From positions 1-64,000 of IMG/VR virus record IMGVR_UViG_651053023_000001: 64,000 nt of DNA; one strand, given 5' to 3'. Position numbers and translations under genes: made by a program. The stretch is from a virus. Its lineage: Duplodnaviria > Heunggongvirae > Uroviricota > Caudoviricetes. Of the stretch, positions 61,796 through 64,000 are shown one piece after another (position 1 is the first letter of the stretch; each line of letters starts with the position of its first letter). Below the pieces are notes generated by a model. That model saw only the letters and a program-made list of their open reading frames with translations, ran no database searches and had not been told where the DNA came from.

Positions 61796-63169
61796 TTAAA
61801 CAGGATGACACTGATTGATACAGGGTATGAATGGCGGTTTTTTGCTCCGTTTCCGGTAAAATGGACGCAACTTCCCCTCTGCGGCTCTCAGCCGCACACC
61901 TGCTGTCGTGCCAAGTCGCTCATGCATCAGGACCAGCTCTGCCAGTCGGTAACCCCGCTTCAGCCCCGTAAAACGCATCTGACTTCCGCACAGAATGCAC
62001 TTCAGCGGGTCAACCTTCAGTAACCTCTGATACATCCCTCTCCACCTGATTTGCATCGCCGTTTTTCTCACCGTCTCCGTTATGACGTACACAACTTCTT
62101 CCAGTAACCGGCGCTTCACCGGACTCAGGAAACCGTAGTACCTCACCATACGGAACCCCTTATCTGCTACATGCCAGGAGAACCTTTCCATGAACTCATC
62201 TCCACTCATCAACAGGTATTCTTCCCGTTTTGTACGGTGACTGTTGTAACGCAGACCGATTTCATCCTGACCGGCATAATGCTCCAGCCGACTCATCGGC
62301 ACCGGTGGCTTTTTCAGGTAAGAGCCGAAGTACACCGCCACATGTGTGGCGTTATCCATCACCCTGGATATGTTGACATTCCAGCCGCGGCGGTAATGCG
62401 TGTCCAGGAAGCAATTCCAGTCCCGTTTGCTGTTTCCTTCCACTGCCAGTTCATCCGGTATCACCAGCTCCGGGTATTTCCGGGACAGTAGCCGCGTTAT
62501 CCGGTAACGCCACATGCTCATCACCTTACGGGCGTAAAAATGAAGATTTTTCCAGGTGTGGCCCGACGTCACACCACCGGCAGTTGTCGATAAATGGATA
62601 TGCGGATGCCACTGCTGGTCACGCCCCCATGTGTGGATCACCGTGAATATCCCCGGCTCCACATCTGTCTGATGGCAGATTTCCAGTATCACATCCGCTG
62701 CAATGCGGCTCATCTCTGCCAGTAACCACCGGTTGTGGAACACCAGGGACCAGTACTGGCAGGGAAGTGTGAACACAATATGCTGCCACGGGCAGTCGGG
62801 GACCAGGCTCAGCAGATACTGTATCCACTGTGCGCCAGCCTTCACCCCGCAGTGCGGACAGGAGCGGCTTTTACACCGGAAGCAGACCTTTTTGGTGTGG
62901 CAACAGTCCGGTGACGAACAGCACCATTGCGTGTAGCCCATCAGCGTGGTCCCGCATGCCATGATTTTTGTCACTGACTCAGTCACCACCGGACGCACTG
63001 AACCTTCCGGCTGTTTCTCCAGCCAGTTAAGCCAGCGGTTACCCTGCTGAAAAATGTCGGCAAAACGGGGAAGCATCAGAAGGCGGGGGGACTCCGTCCG
63101 GCCAGTGAACCGTGCCACACTCCGGGCAGTACATGCCGCCGGCGCTGATACCGGCAAGAATGGTCGCAA
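61796..63169 (-). CDS. tnpA: IS91-family (Y2 HUH, rolling-circle) transposase
   Basis: 457 aa; N-terminal Cys-rich zinc-binding region (CCSSPDCCHTKKVCFRCKSRSCPHCG), HUH motif HPHIH, conserved RYYGFL block; true start may be internal. Confidence 0.75.
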   Translation of the reverse strand: MRPFLPVSAPAACTARSVARFTGRTESPRLLMLPRFADIFQQGNRWLNWLEKQPEGSVRPVVTESVTKIMACGTTLMGYTQWCCSSPDCCHTKKVCFRCKSRSCPHCGVKAGAQWIQYLLSLVPDCPWQHIVFTLPCQYWSLVFHNRWLLAEMSRIAADVILEICHQTDVEPGIFTVIHTWGRDQQWHPHIHLSTTAGGVTSGHTWKNLHFYARKVMSMWRYRITRLLSRKYPELVIPDELAVEGNSKRDWNCFLDTHYRRGWNVNISRVMDNATHVAVYFGSYLKKPPVPMSRLEHYAGQDEIGLRYNSHRTKREEYLLMSGDEFMERFSWHVADKGFRMVRYYGFLSPVKRRLLEEVVYVITETVRKTAMQIRWRGMYQRLLKVDPLKCILCGSQMRFTGLKRGYRLAELVLMHERLGTTAGVRLRAAEGKLRPFYRKRSKKPPFIPCINQCHPV

Positions 63170-63440
63170 ACTCCCGCTCCGTGCAGCGGGCTATTTCAGG
63201 ATACCCTTCGTCATCGACACGAACAAACCAGAAGACCAGCTTTTTGTTTCCGGCATCCACAAAGAAGGGAATATTCAGGTCTGCGCAGCACTCAACGGCA
63301 TCGTCAAAATTATCAAAGCGCAGAGCTTCTGCGTCTTCTTCGTCAAAGAAGTCATCGTCGTGAAGCTTCACGACATAGCGGGGAAGTTTGCTTCTTTGAG
63401 GGGCAGGTTTTCGTTTACGGGGTTTAGCTGAACGGGACAT
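63039..63440 (-). CDS. small ORF upstream of and overlapping the IS91-family transposase gene
   Basis: 133-aa basic/acidic ORF with CxxC pair; position matches the small accessory ORF of IS91-type elements. Confidence 0.4.
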   Translation of the reverse strand: MSRSAKPRKRKPAPQRSKLPRYVVKLHDDDFFDEEDAEALRFDNFDDAVECCADLNIPFFVDAGNKKLVFWFVRVDDEGYPEIARCTEREFATILAGISAGGMYCPECGTVHWPDGVPPPSDASPFCRHFSAG

Positions 63441-63946
63441 ATAACTACCTGAAAGACAATGATATTGTCTGTTTTTATAACGGTAATTTCAGGCCATGAC
63501 AAGCCGCAGCCGCCAGGCTGCCTACTCGATGTATTAAGCGCGTTTACAGCGTCCTCAAGCGATTTAGTAATAGTCACATCACCAATGGCAATAGAGATCG
63601 GCAGTTCTGATACTTCTCGCTCATTAGCACGGCAGTAAACATCCCAACCAATATCGAGTTGAAGCAGCATTGACAGATCTGCATAACCAGCCAACAGGTC
63701 CGCGTGCTTAGTTGCCAGTTCTCCAATGTTCGTTAAGCCGGTTGTGGTTGTTCTGATCGTTGAAACATAGCTGGTAATAGTGTCGGGATAGACAATTGTA
63801 TCCAGAATTAATCCGGTCAATTCTTCTGCAAGCAGTTTTGCTGTGTTAGCACTGTTTCGTGCCGATGTTATGGCACCAGGTGTTTTCATCCCACCGGCGG
63901 CGGCCAATTTTTTATATGCGGATAACTGGTAGTCTTTTTCCAGCAT
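63368..63946 (-). CDS. hypothetical protein, possibly 3'-disrupted by the IS91-family insertion
   Basis: 192-aa ORF whose 3' portion runs into the presumed IS end and overlaps the IS-internal ORF. Confidence 0.35.
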   Translation of the reverse strand: MLEKDYQLSAYKKLAAAGGMKTPGAITSARNSANTAKLLAEELTGLILDTIVYPDTITSYVSTIRTTTTGLTNIGELATKHADLLAGYADLSMLLQLDIGWDVYCRANEREVSELPISIAIGDVTITKSLEDAVNALNTSSRQPGGCGLSWPEITVIKTDNIIVFQVVICPVQLNPVNENLPLKEANFPAMS

Positions 63947-64000
63947 GATATCTCCTAACTTACCTGAACCAGGCCGTCTCCGGACGCTACGGTAGATCCG

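Larger units (their letters stand above)
61700..63500 (-). mobile_element. IS91-family insertion sequence (boundaries approximate)
   Basis: Contains an HUH/Y2-type transposase gene and a small upstream overlapping ORF; ~1.8 kb; CTTG tetranucleotide at 61700..61703; hairpin GCAGCCGCCAGGCTGC at 63495..63511. Confidence 0.65.

Overview
The window is the first ~64 kb of a P1-family temperate phage-plasmid, starting inside loxP and running through cre, the Dar antirestriction genes, head/lysis genes, the Cin-invertible tail-fibre C segment, the tail/baseplate block, immI (c4-icd-ant), kilA-repL, the par operon and the repA replicon. Gene identities rest on direct motif reading plus synteny with P1 as I remember it; no searches were run. 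Departures from the canonical P1 layout are the interesting part: (1) where P1 carries its type III res/mod genes, there is instead an AT-rich two-gene cassette (XRE-type HTH protein plus a 250-aa protein), the best candidate for an undescribed defence or abortive-infection system; (2) two extra immI-like modules form a 1.6-kb inverted repeat around a small C1-operator-bracketed core, and all three modules carry different co-varying 6-nt antisense specificity elements; (3) a Hok/Mok type I toxin locus lies after repL, with hok absent from the ORF track; (4) an AT-rich pair of exported proteins sits beside the canonical immI; (5) an IS91-family element is inserted near the window end; (6) the alternative tail-fibre segment Sv' has an apparent frameshift. 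No tRNA, rRNA or CRISPR array was seen.
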